A stretch of 64,000 nucleotides of DNA. Source: an uncultured Chloroflexia bacterium. GTDB lineage: Bacteria > Chloroflexota > UBA6077 > JACCZL01. Of this stretch, positions 63,171 through 64,000 are shown piece after piece. The notes beneath the pieces are model-generated. The model saw nothing but the letters and a program-made list of their open reading frames with translations. It was not told the origin of the DNA and ran no database searches. Made by a program: the position numbers and the translations under genes. Each line of letters opens with the position of its first letter. The first letter of the stretch is position 1. The DNA lies in the NCBI GenBank assembly GCA_963765765.1, contig CAVXYC010000015.1, forward strand, positions 96,001-160,000, written 5' to 3'.

Positions 63171-63746
63171 TAGAATATCCTTCTTAACCCGTGGGCCGTC
63201 ACTTGGCATGGGTTTGCTACAGTACCTTCGACTGTAACCTCACTCGGTGCCTTCCCGGGGCAATCATCGAGGGGGATGAGATCCAGAGTCATTGAGTGGA
63301 CGCGAGCATGAGCATCGCTCCGCGAATTTGTACGCATACAGTCATGCATGTAGCCTGCTCGGTGCACAGTTGCGGTAGTTCCTGTCCGGTGGCCCCCTGC
63401 GCAGGTGGAAAGCCAGCCATGCGCAAGACGGCGTACAGAATCAGCCACCCAGCCAGTGGGCAGACTGAAAAGCGTGGTGATAATCCACAGACGGTGAGCG
63501 CCATATAGACGATGCCCGCGGCTGTGAGTAGCAGCGATCGCATGTGCACTCGCGGGTGGGTGAATGAAACGCGAACGCTACCGCACACCCGCACGTCCGT
63601 AGAATCGATGCTGCAACGGGGAGCGTGGATGATGGCTCCGAAGCCGCGTGTGGACTCCAGGAACGGCGCCCCTATGAGTCCGATGCGCGAGTCGGCAAGC
63701 GATTTTGCCCCAGCCGGACGACTCCACGCCCATCGACGGCTGCGGC

Positions 63747-64000
63747 TCAGACCTTGAAGAACAGGCCTCGGAATGTCCTGGCGGCATCCAGGTCGCCCGA
63801 GTCCTCACCGGCCTGGGTGCGCTGGAAACAGGTCAGCACGAAGTCGCTGGGAGTAAATGACAGCGTGGCCGGGGCGCTCGGGGACGGATCTGGCTGGGCG
63901 CTGAATTCACCGTTGTCCACCGTGACGTTCCAGGATCCGCCATTCGCGCCGGAGACTTTGATGGCACAGCTCACGGTCCGATTGGCGGCGCGCTGCGCGT
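63747..64000 (-). CDS. C-terminal SCP2-like domain, possibly mycothiol-dependent maleylpyruvate isomerase family (partial, runs off window)
   Basis: VSGANGGSWNVTV, ATLSFTPSDFVL, GD.DAA..F..LF. Confidence 0.55.
   Translation of the reverse strand, partial: AQRAANRTVSCAIKVSGANGGSWNVTVDNGEFSAQPDPSPSAPATLSFTPSDFVLTCFQRTQAGEDSGDLDAARTFRGLFFKV

Noticed and set aside
63289-63594. Small hydrophobic ORF beside the IS
   Set aside because: No family signature or clear RBS; cannot be supported

Overview
GC-rich bacterial chromosome segment, probably Chloroflexota (inferred from the gene repertoire). Many genes, including housekeeping proC and herA, carry single-base frameshifts, most likely uncorrected long-read indels. 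Content: aromatic/xenobiotic catabolism (LigB-like dioxygenase, P450, Rieske oxygenase, gentisate dioxygenase-like cupin, SDRs, amidase), housekeeping genes (fabI, proC, bioY, rsfS, fabZ, tRNA-Ala), a GT9/GT4/heptose-kinase glycan cluster, and an archaeal-style nurA-HAS barrel-herA-sbcD-sbcC repair operon. That operon is interrupted by a small GIY-YIG nuclease gene containing a TGTC-tagged REP doublet. A nuclease-free sibling of the doublet lies 41 kb away, which makes this the best candidate for an undescribed nuclease/palindrome mobile system. Two islets are bracketed by diverged direct repeats of gene 3' ends; one carries a globin + cNMP-binding + ferredoxin-reductase module. An ApeA-type HEPN defence gene has an IS630 inserted exactly in its stop codon. 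Several unrelated REP/REPIN families are present. All calls come from reading motifs by eye; no database searches were run.
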